Of a DNA stretch of 64,000 nt, positions 1 through 8,138 are shown piece by piece (within the stretch, counting starts at the first letter, position 1; each line of letters begins with the position of its first letter). The translations under genes and the position numbers were made by a program. The notes under the pieces are model-generated. The model did no database searches. It was given only the letters and a program-made list of their open reading frames with translations, and was not told where the DNA came from. Source of the stretch: a bacterium (GTDB lineage: Bacteria > Patescibacteriota > Patescibacteriia > UBA9570); the NCBI GenBank assembly GCA_030698395.1, contig JAUYKW010000018.1, forward strand, positions 44,726 to 108,725, in the 5' to 3' direction.

Positions 1-311
1 TCGGTTACAGTACCAACAGTGGAACGAGGATTATGAGTAGTTGTTTTTTGATCTATAGAGATAGCAGGAGATAGTCCATCGATTCTGTCTACATCTGGTT
101 TATCCATTAAACCTAAAAATTGACGCGCATATGCTGATAAACTTTCTACATATCTACGTTGTCCTTCAGCATAAATTGTATCGAAAGCCAATGAAGATTT
201 ACCAGAACCTGATAAACCTGTAATTACAACTAATTTGTTTCGCGGAATGTCTATTGAGACATTTTTTAAGTTATGAACTCTCGCGTTTTTTATTGAAATC
301 GCATCTTCCAT
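1..311 (-). CDS. uvrA: Excinuclease ABC subunit A (UvrA), N-terminal fragment; continues past the window edge
   Basis: Reverse-complement translation from the ATG at 311..309 gives [67 protein letters not shown]..., the canonical UvrA N-terminus with its Walker A motif. Not in the ORF track because it is truncated by the window start. Confidence 0.85.
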   Translation of the reverse strand, partial: MEDAISIKNARVHNLKNVSIDIPRNKLVVITGLSGSGKSSLAFDTIYAEGQRRYVESLSAYARQFLGLMDKPDVDRIDGLSPAISIDQKTTTHNPRSTVGTVT

Positions 312-316
312 GATTT

Positions 317-334
317 AGAAAAACATGTTTAACT
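317..334. promoter_or_regulatory. Palindrome AAACATGTTT (321..330, imperfect wider arms) in the uvrA-uvrC divergent intergenic region; candidate operator
   Basis: Perfect 10 bp palindrome read directly at 321..330, between divergent uvrA (start 311) and uvrC (start 401). It loosely resembles GAAC-N4-GTTC-type SOS boxes but does not match them exactly. Confidence 0.3.
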
Positions 335-400
335 AATTTGAACTCGAGTAGTATATATGAATATTTAATCTACGTCAAGGTGGTATACTAAGAGGAGCTT

Positions 401-1681
401 ATGACTAGCAAGGTAAAAAAACAATTAGCAACATTACCACAAAAGCCAGGAATTTATTTGTTTAAAAATTCTATTGGTAATGTACTTTATGTAGGTAAAG
501 CGAAGTCTTTAAGTAGCCGAGTTCGATCATACTTTAGACAGCATAATGATTTGAATGAAGCTAAACAAATTATGGTACGGCAAATTGTTGATGTAGATTG
601 GATAGAAACAAAAACTGAATCTGATGCCATAATTTTAGAAGATAAGTTGATCAAAGATTATCAACCTAGATTTAATGTATTAGCAAAGGATGATAAAAGT
701 TTTTTGTATATTCATATAACGGATGAGAAGTTTCCTCAGGTACTAGCAGTACGGAGACCAAATCTTCGTAAAGCTGGAATATTTTATGGACCATATCCAT
801 TTGCTCGTAGTATTAGAGAAGTTCTAAAATTATTACATAACATTTTTCCATATCGGACTTGTAAAAATTTACCAAAAAAGGCTTGTTTAGAATATTACAT
901 TTATAAATGTAAAGCACCGTGCATTAATAAGATTTCAGAATCAGATTATCAAGCATTGATATATGATGTGTTAGCTTTTTTTGAAGGTAGAAATACTTTA
1001 GAGCTAGAATCAAGATTGGAAGAAATGATGCAGGTAGCTTCTGAAGATAAAAAGTTCGAAGATGCAGCAAAGTATCGTGATCAGTTAAAAGCAATAAAAA
1101 AGCTGCGTTCATTTCAAAAAACTCCACGTGAGTATTTAACTGATTATTACCAATTTAAGGCTATCGATCCTGATTTAGGCCTTCAACAGCTACAGGATGC
1201 TCTGGTTTTGCCAGCTCAGCCAAAGAGGGTAGAAGTTTATGATATTTCAAATATCCAAGGAACATATGCGGTTGGATCGATGGTGGTGTTTATTGATGGA
1301 TTGCCAGCTAGGAGTGAATATCGGAGATTTAAAATTAAAACTGTCCAAGGTGCAGATGATTATAAAAGTTTGCAAGAAGTGGTTAGACGGCGATTAAAAA
1401 GAGATTGGCCAAAACCAGATTTAGCTATCATGGATGGAGGTAAGGGGCAATTAAATGCTGTAAAACATTTTTGGCAAGATCATGACGTATCAGTTGTTGC
1501 TTTAGCCAAGAAAAGAGAAGAGCTATTTCTACCTGATCAAGCGATACCAATTACAATGGAAGCTGGTAGTCAGGGATTATTTCTAATTCAAAGAATGCGT
1601 GATGAAGCGCATCGTTTTGCCATCACTTATTATCGTAAATTGCACTCTAAATCAATGCGAGCTAATACCACTAAAAGCTAG
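401..1681 (+). CDS. uvrC: Excinuclease ABC subunit C (UvrC), short form lacking the C-terminal (HhH)2 domain
   Basis: N-terminal GIY-YIG motif (GIYLFKN...VLYVGKAKSLSSRVRSY). UVR-domain-like segment (KFEDAAKYRDQLKAIKKL). C-terminal UvrC endonuclease region (YDISNIQG...FIDG...YRRFKIK...DDY...RRRL...IMDGGKGQLNA). AGGAG Shine-Dalgarno 5 nt upstream. At 426 aa it is about 170 aa shorter than typical UvrC. Confidence 0.8.
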   Translation: MTSKVKKQLATLPQKPGIYLFKNSIGNVLYVGKAKSLSSRVRSYFRQHNDLNEAKQIMVRQIVDVDWIETKTESDAIILEDKLIKDYQPRFNVLAKDDKSFLYIHITDEKFPQVLAVRRPNLRKAGIFYGPYPFARSIREVLKLLHNIFPYRTCKNLPKKACLEYYIYKCKAPCINKISESDYQALIYDVLAFFEGRNTLELESRLEEMMQVASEDKKFEDAAKYRDQLKAIKKLRSFQKTPREYLTDYYQFKAIDPDLGLQQLQDALVLPAQPKRVEVYDISNIQGTYAVGSMVVFIDGLPARSEYRRFKIKTVQGADDYKSLQEVVRRRLKRDWPKPDLAIMDGGKGQLNAVKHFWQDHDVSVVALAKKREELFLPDQAIPITMEAGSQGLFLIQRMRDEAHRFAITYYRKLHSKSMRANTTKS

Positions 1682-3083
1682 GGGGAGTAGCTGGTGGAGT
1701 ACCACTTGGTGTTGATGGAATTATTTCCGGAGAATTTGTTGGAGTAGGAGGAATTGGACCTGATGGGGGAATTCCCTGAGTAGGTGCTTGTGGTTGTTGT
1801 GGCAGTGTAGGTTCTAATATTTCAGGGGTAGTAGGAGGATTATCTTGAGTTGGTGGTATAGGTTGTTGAATTGTAGCTGTTTCATCAGCTAGAGTATTTG
1901 CAATCGATGGTTCAGCTTCGAAGGCTGGTGCCATTTCTAAGGAAGCTAAGTCGGTTGCATTAATACCGGTTTGGATTAGTTCAGCATCTGAAATATGAAT
2001 TGCATCTATACCAATTCCAATAACTATGCCATTTTTATCTTGAGAACGATATATTTTTGCATCCGAAGCTAACGAGGCGTTTAATTCTGGTTGTTCTAGA
2101 GTTTTTAATTTGTCTGTAATTGATGAGGGCTCAGTGGTGAGTGTAGATTTAACAGCTGGAGATTCAGTTTTTTGCGGTAGCATGTGCAAGTCTTCTGTTG
2201 TGATGTCAGCATCAGTTACTTCTGTCGGAGAAAAATGTACAGATCCAGTAGCATGTTCAATTAGTAATCCCATTTCGGGTGTGGCATATACTTGAGCACC
2301 GGAAACGACAGTGTTTGCAACTGCCGGATTAGTATCGGAGAATTTTTTATTAAGAATTTCTATAATTTGCTCTGGCGTTAATGACTCTCGCTCTTTCTCG
2401 AGTGGAGTAACAGGCGATTCGGGTGCTTCTTCAATTGGTGAAATAGCTGGTGTGTTCGAAGTTGCTGGAGGAATGGAACCAGATTTATCAATGGTAGGAG
2501 TTGGTTGTTCATCTGTTGAGTTGACTTCAACAGGATGAGGTTTAATAAATTCTAAATCTTTAAAGATGTCTTCACTTTTTTCTGGATCGGTTTTAATTTG
2601 TGTTCGAGCTTCTTGAATTTTCTTTATTTGGTTATTTAGTTTACCCTCATTACTTTCCATGAAGCCGGTTTGTTCAATGAGCTTCTTTAGTTTATCAATT
2701 AAGCCGGTTTGTTCAGAATTAATACTTTCTAATTCAGAGATTAGTTTTTCTTCTGCACTATCCAATTTAGCCAAATAATCGACAGTCGTATCGGATGGTA
2801 CATCTTGAAGGGGTATTACTTGTGGTTTTAGAGATTCTCCAGGATTTTCTACTGGTGTCGATGTTGTCATGGGTTCAGGAGATGTTGTATCAGATTCTGA
2901 AGTAGGTGTTACTGGATTAGTTGTAGCTGAAGCAGTATTCACAAAAGGAAGTGTGATAGCTGGTCCAGACGTTGGAGTAGTTGAATTATCGTTGGGTGTA
3001 CCCATTGGTTGAGGAGGTACTGGATTTGAGGTTGATTCATTCATAATTAATATAATAATAGCATTTTTTTTAAGAAAAATCAA
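1671..3083 (-). CDS. Hypothetical Pro/Thr/Ser-rich low-complexity protein with a short N-terminal hydrophobic segment and a central coiled-coil-like stretch
   Basis: 470 aa ORF. N-terminus MIFLKKNAIIILIM. Long PT-rich tracts (PTTPEILEPTLPQQPQAPTQGIPPSGPIPPTPTNSPEIIPSTPSGTPPATPP). Overlaps the uvrC stop by 11 bp (convergent). No recognisable enzymatic motif. Confidence 0.5.
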   Translation of the reverse strand: MIFLKKNAIIILIMNESTSNPVPPQPMGTPNDNSTTPTSGPAITLPFVNTASATTNPVTPTSESDTTSPEPMTTSTPVENPGESLKPQVIPLQDVPSDTTVDYLAKLDSAEEKLISELESINSEQTGLIDKLKKLIEQTGFMESNEGKLNNQIKKIQEARTQIKTDPEKSEDIFKDLEFIKPHPVEVNSTDEQPTPTIDKSGSIPPATSNTPAISPIEEAPESPVTPLEKERESLTPEQIIEILNKKFSDTNPAVANTVVSGAQVYATPEMGLLIEHATGSVHFSPTEVTDADITTEDLHMLPQKTESPAVKSTLTTEPSSITDKLKTLEQPELNASLASDAKIYRSQDKNGIVIGIGIDAIHISDAELIQTGINATDLASLEMAPAFEAEPSIANTLADETATIQQPIPPTQDNPPTTPEILEPTLPQQPQAPTQGIPPSGPIPPTPTNSPEIIPSTPSGTPPATPPSF

Positions 3084-3100
3084 GTTGAAATATTTTAGAA

Positions 3101-3134
3101 ATACAAAAAAGTGGAGCGTTAAACCCCACTTTTA
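3101..3134 (-). terminator. Rho-independent terminator downstream of the 3170..5656 gene
   Basis: On the minus strand: stem AAAAGTGG, loop GGTTTAACGCT, stem CCACTTTT, followed by a T-tract. Read from plus-strand caaaaaagtggagcgttaaaccccacttttat. Confidence 0.55.
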
Positions 3135-3169
3135 TAATTTGATTTAGTTATTTATTATTTTTTAATGCT

Positions 3170-5656
3170 TTAAACTGTAGCATTTGCATCAGGATGTTTA
3201 AGAGTTGGCAGTTCAGCTGATATTCTATCAACATTCTTTTCAGCTTCAGCATCTCTTGAGGCCTGAGCTATATCTCCGATTTTTCCAAAAGACATATATT
3301 CAGTAGGAAGTTCATCGTTTGCTACTGATTGCAGACCCTCTAAGGCTGTTTGGATATTTAACTGACCTGCATCTGCTAATGCCTCGGATAGTTGTGGTAA
3401 ATTGATATATTCAACCCCTGCATAATTACCTGGTTCGCCAGATAATATGTAAACACCCTGAGCATTTTGTGCAGTTGTGCCTTCTGGTAATCGAATATCA
3501 ATTAATCTTCCTTGTGCTGGCAAATCTACAAGCATGCGACGCAGATTGTCATTACTAGTTGCGAACTTTTTAGCTAAAGCATTTTTAATTTCGCTTACAT
3601 TATGTTCTCTCGTTTTTACTGCTTCAGTTTTTTCCGTTCCAGCTTCTGCATACGCTTTTTCTTCTGCTGCTTCAATCTGTTCAGACATGCGGGAATACTT
3701 ATTGTCTACACTTGGTGTTTGAACTGTTTCATTTCTGGCCGCTATGGAATCTTGAACGGATTTTGGTAAAGGTATACCAGATAAAGTAGCTTCTAGTTCC
3801 CAGGCATTTTCCATATTAGCATTTGCTTCATTACTAGCTTTTGTGGCTATTGATATTTTTTTATCAAGCGTAGCTAAAGCTTTGCGTAGTGCTCTGCCTT
3901 TTAGCGTTTCTGATTTTTCTAAGTTTGCTCTTTCAACAATTAAGTTACTTTCTATTTGTGAAGCTTTAATAAATGTGTTGGCAGCTTCCATAGATGCTTG
4001 AGATGCTTGTTCTATTGCTGCATTATCGGCATCTTCATTTGTTCTTGATAGTGTTTCAACGAGTTCTTGAGAGCCAGCAACATTGGCTTCAGCTTCTTTA
4101 ATACCAGCCTGAGTATCACGACTAATTTTTTCAAATAACTTGGCTCTTCCTTTTTCATCTGTTTTTCCTGCAAGGAAACGTTGATTTACTTCCCCAATCT
4201 TATCTGATCGTGCATCAAGTAAAGTTTTTAACTTCGCTTGTGCTTGTTCTAAACTTTGTTGAGCAGGCTCTAGAGCAGCGGATTTTTCTGCAGGCGTCAT
4301 TTGTTCCATTGGACGCATTGGTGTAATCATATCTTTAGCCAAAGCAGGGCTGTTTATTGTTACATCATATACGCTTTTGTCTGTTGTGAATCTAAAATCT
4401 TGTTTTTGTCTTGGCGAAAGTTTCGATGCACCTAGTGCTGTTTGTTCATATTCATCACGGAGTGCTCTCTGTTCATGTATATCCGATGGTGTTAGAGGAT
4501 TCATTGCCTCTCCATATTTAACTGGAGCTAGACCTTCTCCTTGTTTAAAAAATTCTTGTTCAACATCGTCACCAGCAAGTTCGCTAATGGCTTTTTCTGT
4601 TTGTTTATCTTCTACTTTTTGAATTTCAACTCCAAAATCACCTAAGTTAATAACTAGGCCACGAGCTCCATCAATTCTGCCATCATATTCTTCATTTATT
4701 TTTGCAATTGCCCGTTTAATCTCAGCGTCATTTAGTTTATCTGTATCAATTTCTGCAATTGCGATTGCCTTAGCATCCATAATTTGTTTGAGTTCTTCTT
4801 GAGCATTAGCAAGAGCTTTGGTTTTTTCTGCAGGTGTCATTTCTGGTTTATTAAAGTCCATGCGAGTTCTTGCTCCAGTACCGGATTCACCAACTTTTAT
4901 ACTATACGGGCTAGCTTGGCTTGATGTTGCAGTCTCTGTTCGTTGTAACTTAATACCACCACTAGCTGTGCGCATATAGAATTCATCTGCCATGTCATTG
5001 ACAATACTGGTCATGCCTGAATCTTGCATATGAGACATCTTCCACATGCTTTGGAATAACTTATTTTGATGTTCTGGGTCAGTAGAGGTTGCAATAGCTT
5101 CTCTTAATTTTCCTACAGCTTCTTGAATACGTTGTAGTTTAGTTTCTTGTCTGGTAAATAAACCAACACGTTCTGCTAGGCGTGTTACTTGAGCTCTTAG
5201 TACACTACGTTGCTCATCCATGGCTTCGTGTCGATTGCTAACAATCGTTTCTAATATTTTTAAGCTGTTAACCATGTGCTCTGCGCTAAGTAATCCTTCT
5301 GGTTTTTCAGCTGTAGCTTCTGCATCTTCATTAGGCAAATCTGAATAATCAACATCACTCATAGGTGTTTGGTAATTTCTAGCTTCAGGAATTCTATTAT
5401 AAGTTACCACTCCTTGGTCTTCTGGTTCTCCAATGTGTTGATCTAAATCTAACATTATGTCATCACTTGGGTCGTGGGAAATGTTTGGTAGTTGAGTTCT
5501 ATCTATTGGTGTTGTGGGGGCATTGTTATCTATATTGTCATCACCTGTATCTTCAAAACGTTCTGCGCCAGATAAAGGTAAGCCAGCATTATTTTCTATT
5601 TTTTTGGCTGGTAGATCTCTTTTATTTATTGGGTCTGTTCTTTCTCTTGCAACCAT
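3170..5656 (-). CDS. Hypothetical large coiled-coil protein (828 aa), no TM or signal peptide, with an internal repeat (MTPAEK...)
   Basis: A/E/K/Q-rich heptad-like sequence throughout. Two related segments start at EMTPAEKTKALANAQEEL and QMTPAEKSAALEPAQQSL. No catalytic motifs recognised. Confidence 0.5.
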   Translation of the reverse strand: MVARERTDPINKRDLPAKKIENNAGLPLSGAERFEDTGDDNIDNNAPTTPIDRTQLPNISHDPSDDIMLDLDQHIGEPEDQGVVTYNRIPEARNYQTPMSDVDYSDLPNEDAEATAEKPEGLLSAEHMVNSLKILETIVSNRHEAMDEQRSVLRAQVTRLAERVGLFTRQETKLQRIQEAVGKLREAIATSTDPEHQNKLFQSMWKMSHMQDSGMTSIVNDMADEFYMRTASGGIKLQRTETATSSQASPYSIKVGESGTGARTRMDFNKPEMTPAEKTKALANAQEELKQIMDAKAIAIAEIDTDKLNDAEIKRAIAKINEEYDGRIDGARGLVINLGDFGVEIQKVEDKQTEKAISELAGDDVEQEFFKQGEGLAPVKYGEAMNPLTPSDIHEQRALRDEYEQTALGASKLSPRQKQDFRFTTDKSVYDVTINSPALAKDMITPMRPMEQMTPAEKSAALEPAQQSLEQAQAKLKTLLDARSDKIGEVNQRFLAGKTDEKGRAKLFEKISRDTQAGIKEAEANVAGSQELVETLSRTNEDADNAAIEQASQASMEAANTFIKASQIESNLIVERANLEKSETLKGRALRKALATLDKKISIATKASNEANANMENAWELEATLSGIPLPKSVQDSIAARNETVQTPSVDNKYSRMSEQIEAAEEKAYAEAGTEKTEAVKTREHNVSEIKNALAKKFATSNDNLRRMLVDLPAQGRLIDIRLPEGTTAQNAQGVYILSGEPGNYAGVEYINLPQLSEALADAGQLNIQTALEGLQSVANDELPTEYMSFGKIGDIAQASRDAEAEKNVDRISAELPTLKHPDANATV

Positions 5657-5835
5657 ATATTTGATAGTTAAAGAATAGTGATTTTATTTGAATTTTTTAT
5701 TTTTGATTAATATAAGTATAGCAGAAATTTGAATTTTGTCAAGTAAAATAAGGCTTTTTGTATTATTTTTTATGGATTTTAAATGCTTATTACTTATATC
5801 AATTATTAGTAACATATTTGTATGATGATTAGACC

Positions 5836-5864
5836 TTGACAAATTGTAATATATCGGTGATAAT
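5836..5864 (+). promoter_or_regulatory. Near-consensus sigma70-type promoter (TTGACA, 17 bp spacer, GATAAT) at the AT-rich edge of the GC-rich island
   Basis: TTGACA at 5836..5841, 17 bp spacer, GATAAT at 5859..5864, predicted TSS about 5871. The ORF track's TTG start at 5836 is this -35 hexamer, not a start codon. Confidence 0.5.
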
Positions 5865-5867
5865 GTT

Positions 5868-7080
5868 CTGTCCTCTTCGTTATGGAGGGGTCTGGTTCTT
5901 ACGGCACTCTATGTCGTTGGCGCCACGCTCTTTTTTACTAGACCGGTTTAGGATAATGCCCTATTCCAAATCGTCGTGCTTTTTCGACAAATCCTTAACT
6001 CACCACAAGGGAGATAACATGACTGCGCAAGTCATTCCTTTCCCTAGCGGTGGAAGCCGGTCAGGGAAACAAGATATCTATGCTGAGATTCGGCCAAGCC
6101 AATCTCGGCTACAACAACATCGTCAAACCACAATGCAGGTAATTACGGGGACTGAGTGGACGGAACAATACCTCCACCCCCAGAACGTACGCGTGGAGCT
6201 GCCCCAACGTGGGGATGCAGAGCTCTTCGTGACAGTACACGTTCACATCCCGGCAATTCGTGGCCGGCTCCAGATTGGAGCGCAGGCGCTTGAACCGGGT
6301 AGACGACCCAGTGGTTGGGTGATGGCACAGGTAGAGGTGAGCGATCTTCGGCACCACCTCGTGTATGGACCAAGATACAAGAAGGTTCAGTATACGGTGC
6401 GACATGCCTTGGATGGCACTCACATGACCTTCCGGGTCAAGGTGGATCAATTCCCCTTCGGTCAGGCACAGGTGGTGCTTTGGTGGGTAGGCAAGAACGC
6501 CAACACCGATGGCATTTTCGTGCAGGCCAGGGAGATACCAGCTCTGACCTTGTCGACGAACGACCCTACAAGAACGATCACGCCTACGGGAGCGGTCGAT
6601 CGAACGGGAAAGGTCGTCGATAGCAACGTTGTAGTCGAGACCCACAGGTACGCATCCGGGTTTTTAACCGACTTCATCATCAACCTCCCGCACATGGATG
6701 GACAACAACATCCTGGTGTACCGCGGGTTCTCCCACGGCTGGACAAGGTGAACGTGCAAAAGGTGAACGTGCAAGACGGCACGTTGACGGTGATTGACCA
6801 ACTCACTGGCTCTGCCAAGGTGTACGACCATATCGTCTTTACGTGCGAGCGTTCAGACGAGGCTACACACCTCCGGTTCAGAGTCGAGGGGATGGACGCA
6901 ATTCCTGTCGGGTCCGAAGAGCTGGTCCTAGAATGGAGATCGACGTCTCTGGGTGGTTACTACATCCAGGTGATCGTTGATCGCTGAAATGTCCAGCATG
7001 GAAGTGAGAGGTACTGCGTACAACGCAGGACTTGAAACGTCGTCGCACATCAACTGCTGACTACCTCTCCATCTTCCCCT
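5868..7080 (+). other. GC-rich island of about 1.2 kb (roughly 55-60% GC by eye against 30-38% flanks) confined to one intergenic gap; putative horizontally acquired cargo
   Basis: Abrupt composition shift visible in the raw sequence at about 5868 and about 7080. Codon third positions in the embedded ORF are G/C-heavy, unlike all neighbouring genes. No flanking inverted repeats, tRNA or integrase seen. Confidence 0.6.
6019..6987 (+). CDS. Hypothetical GC-rich protein (323 aa) of unknown function, predicted beta-rich, no TM
   Basis: ATG at 6019 preceded by AAGGGAG Shine-Dalgarno (6008..6014), in frame within ORF-track 5836..6987. Sequence MTAQVIPFPSGGSRSGKQDIYAEIRPS... with no motif I recognise. 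Contains a perfect 15 bp in-frame tandem duplication (6745..6774, KVNVQKVNVQ). The antisense ORFs in the same region are typical GC-rich artefacts. Confidence 0.55.
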   Translation: MTAQVIPFPSGGSRSGKQDIYAEIRPSQSRLQQHRQTTMQVITGTEWTEQYLHPQNVRVELPQRGDAELFVTVHVHIPAIRGRLQIGAQALEPGRRPSGWVMAQVEVSDLRHHLVYGPRYKKVQYTVRHALDGTHMTFRVKVDQFPFGQAQVVLWWVGKNANTDGIFVQAREIPALTLSTNDPTRTITPTGAVDRTGKVVDSNVVVETHRYASGFLTDFIINLPHMDGQQHPGVPRVLPRLDKVNVQKVNVQDGTLTVIDQLTGSAKVYDHIVFTCERSDEATHLRFRVEGMDAIPVGSEELVLEWRSTSLGGYYIQVIVDR

Positions 7081-7166
7081 TAATCTTATAAATTATGTTT
7101 TAGACTTTTTTGTTTGTAAGTAACACAAAAGTTGAAAGCAGAATTTGTTTCTTTTAGAATCGCTAA

Positions 7167-8093
7167 CTAAGTTATTTTTAAGAGCATTACGAATTGCTCG
7201 AATGCAGAAAAATATTTCTTCGGACGTAATGTTGTATTTTGGTATTCCAACATTACTTCTATCATATAATCATCATGTGTAAACAGAACTACTCGTGATG
7301 GAGAGCTGGTTGTTGTTTCTAACATTAATCCATTTCGTTGGGAGATTTCTGGAATTGATTCAAGAATGTTAGCATTAATATATTCTGGTCTGTATTTTTT
7401 AATCCAATCAAGTGTTGTAACAGTGTCATTTTCTGCTAGTGATATTGTAAGGCTAGCACTTTCTCGATCCTTTGTTTGTAATTTTATTTTGTCTGGACCG
7501 ACTGTATTTACTTCAAAATAGTCTTCATACTCAATCGATAACTCTCCAGCATTAGTATTGAATTGTCTTTCTTGCATTGCTACCGGGTGAGTTATTTTTC
7601 CGTAGGATATATTTTCATCATATGCAGACACCATATTAATATGAGAGCTATATACAACAACTAATACCATAAAACCAATTACAACTAACGCGCAAGCGCT
7701 AAAGAAATGTTCGCCAAAACTTAACTTATTAATTTTAGATTTTTCTTCAATAGTTATTACAGGTGTTTCATTGTCACTCTCAATAGATTCAATGGGTGCA
7801 ACAGAATCGATACTTTCTATCGGTGAAATTGGTTCTAATTCTAATTTTTCAACTATGGACTGTTTTTCTGGAACTGGTTTTGATTTCTTTTGTACTTTTT
7901 TCTTAGCAACAGGTTTCTTAACAACAGTCTTTTTTGTAGTAATTTTTTTAGGTGCTTTTTTAACGGCAATGCTTTTCTTCTTTTTATTAGCTGTAACCTT
8001 TGTTACTTTAGTCGGGGCTTTGGCTTTATTCTCTTTTGCCTTGCTGACTTTAGTATTTTTTGGTTTGCTTATTTTTTTTGTTATTTTTGCCAT
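7167..8093 (-). CDS. Hypothetical single-pass membrane protein with a histone-H1-like Lys/Ala/Pro-rich cytoplasmic N-terminal tail (about 75 aa) and a C-terminal extracytoplasmic domain of about 165 aa
   Basis: N-terminus MAKITKKISKPKNTKVSKAKENKAKAPTKVTK...KKAPKKITTKKTVVKKPVAKKKVQKKSKP. Acidic repeat PIESIDSVAPIESIESD. TM segment FFSACALVVIGFMVLVVVYS. Confidence 0.5.
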   Translation of the reverse strand: MAKITKKISKPKNTKVSKAKENKAKAPTKVTKVTANKKKKSIAVKKAPKKITTKKTVVKKPVAKKKVQKKSKPVPEKQSIVEKLELEPISPIESIDSVAPIESIESDNETPVITIEEKSKINKLSFGEHFFSACALVVIGFMVLVVVYSSHINMVSAYDENISYGKITHPVAMQERQFNTNAGELSIEYEDYFEVNTVGPDKIKLQTKDRESASLTISLAENDTVTTLDWIKKYRPEYINANILESIPEISQRNGLMLETTTSSPSRVVLFTHDDYMIEVMLEYQNTTLRPKKYFSAFEQFVMLLKIT

Positions 8094-8138
8094 GGTTTAA
8101 TATTATATTCCTCCAAATAAAAATATATTATAGCGAAG

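Noticed and set aside
924-1127. Minus-strand 67 aa ORF inside uvrC
   Set aside because: Fully internal to a conserved gene on the opposite strand, with no support.
2110-2538. Small plus-strand ORFs (2110..2295, 2311..2538) inside the PT-rich gene
   Set aside because: Antisense to a low-complexity coding repeat, no start context, biased composition. Typical shadow ORFs.
3477-5664. Plus-strand ORFs 3477..3722, 4377..4622 and 5467..5664 within or abutting the coiled-coil gene
   Set aside because: Antisense shadow ORFs of a long A/E/K-rich gene. No motifs or Shine-Dalgarno.
5836-6018. ORF-track 5' extension of the island ORF starting at TTG 5836
   Set aside because: The TTG is the -35 hexamer (TTGACA) of a near-consensus promoter. 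The extension crosses the promoter and leader and has no Shine-Dalgarno, whereas the ATG at 6019 has AAGGGAG 5 nt upstream.
6109-6818. Antisense and alternative-frame ORFs inside the GC-rich island (6109..6645 minus, 6143..6373 minus, 6315..6623 plus, 6462..6818 minus)
   Set aside because: Long stop-free frames are expected by chance in GC-rich DNA. The translations are Arg/Gly/Pro-rich junk with no start context, and all overlap the better-supported 6019..6987 frame.
7771-8120. Plus-strand ORFs 7771..8100 and 7890..8120, antisense to the Lys-rich tail of the 7167..8093 gene
   Set aside because: AAA/AAG-rich coding sequence reads as Phe/Leu-rich hydrophobic ORFs on the opposite strand. This is an artefact of low-complexity sequence.
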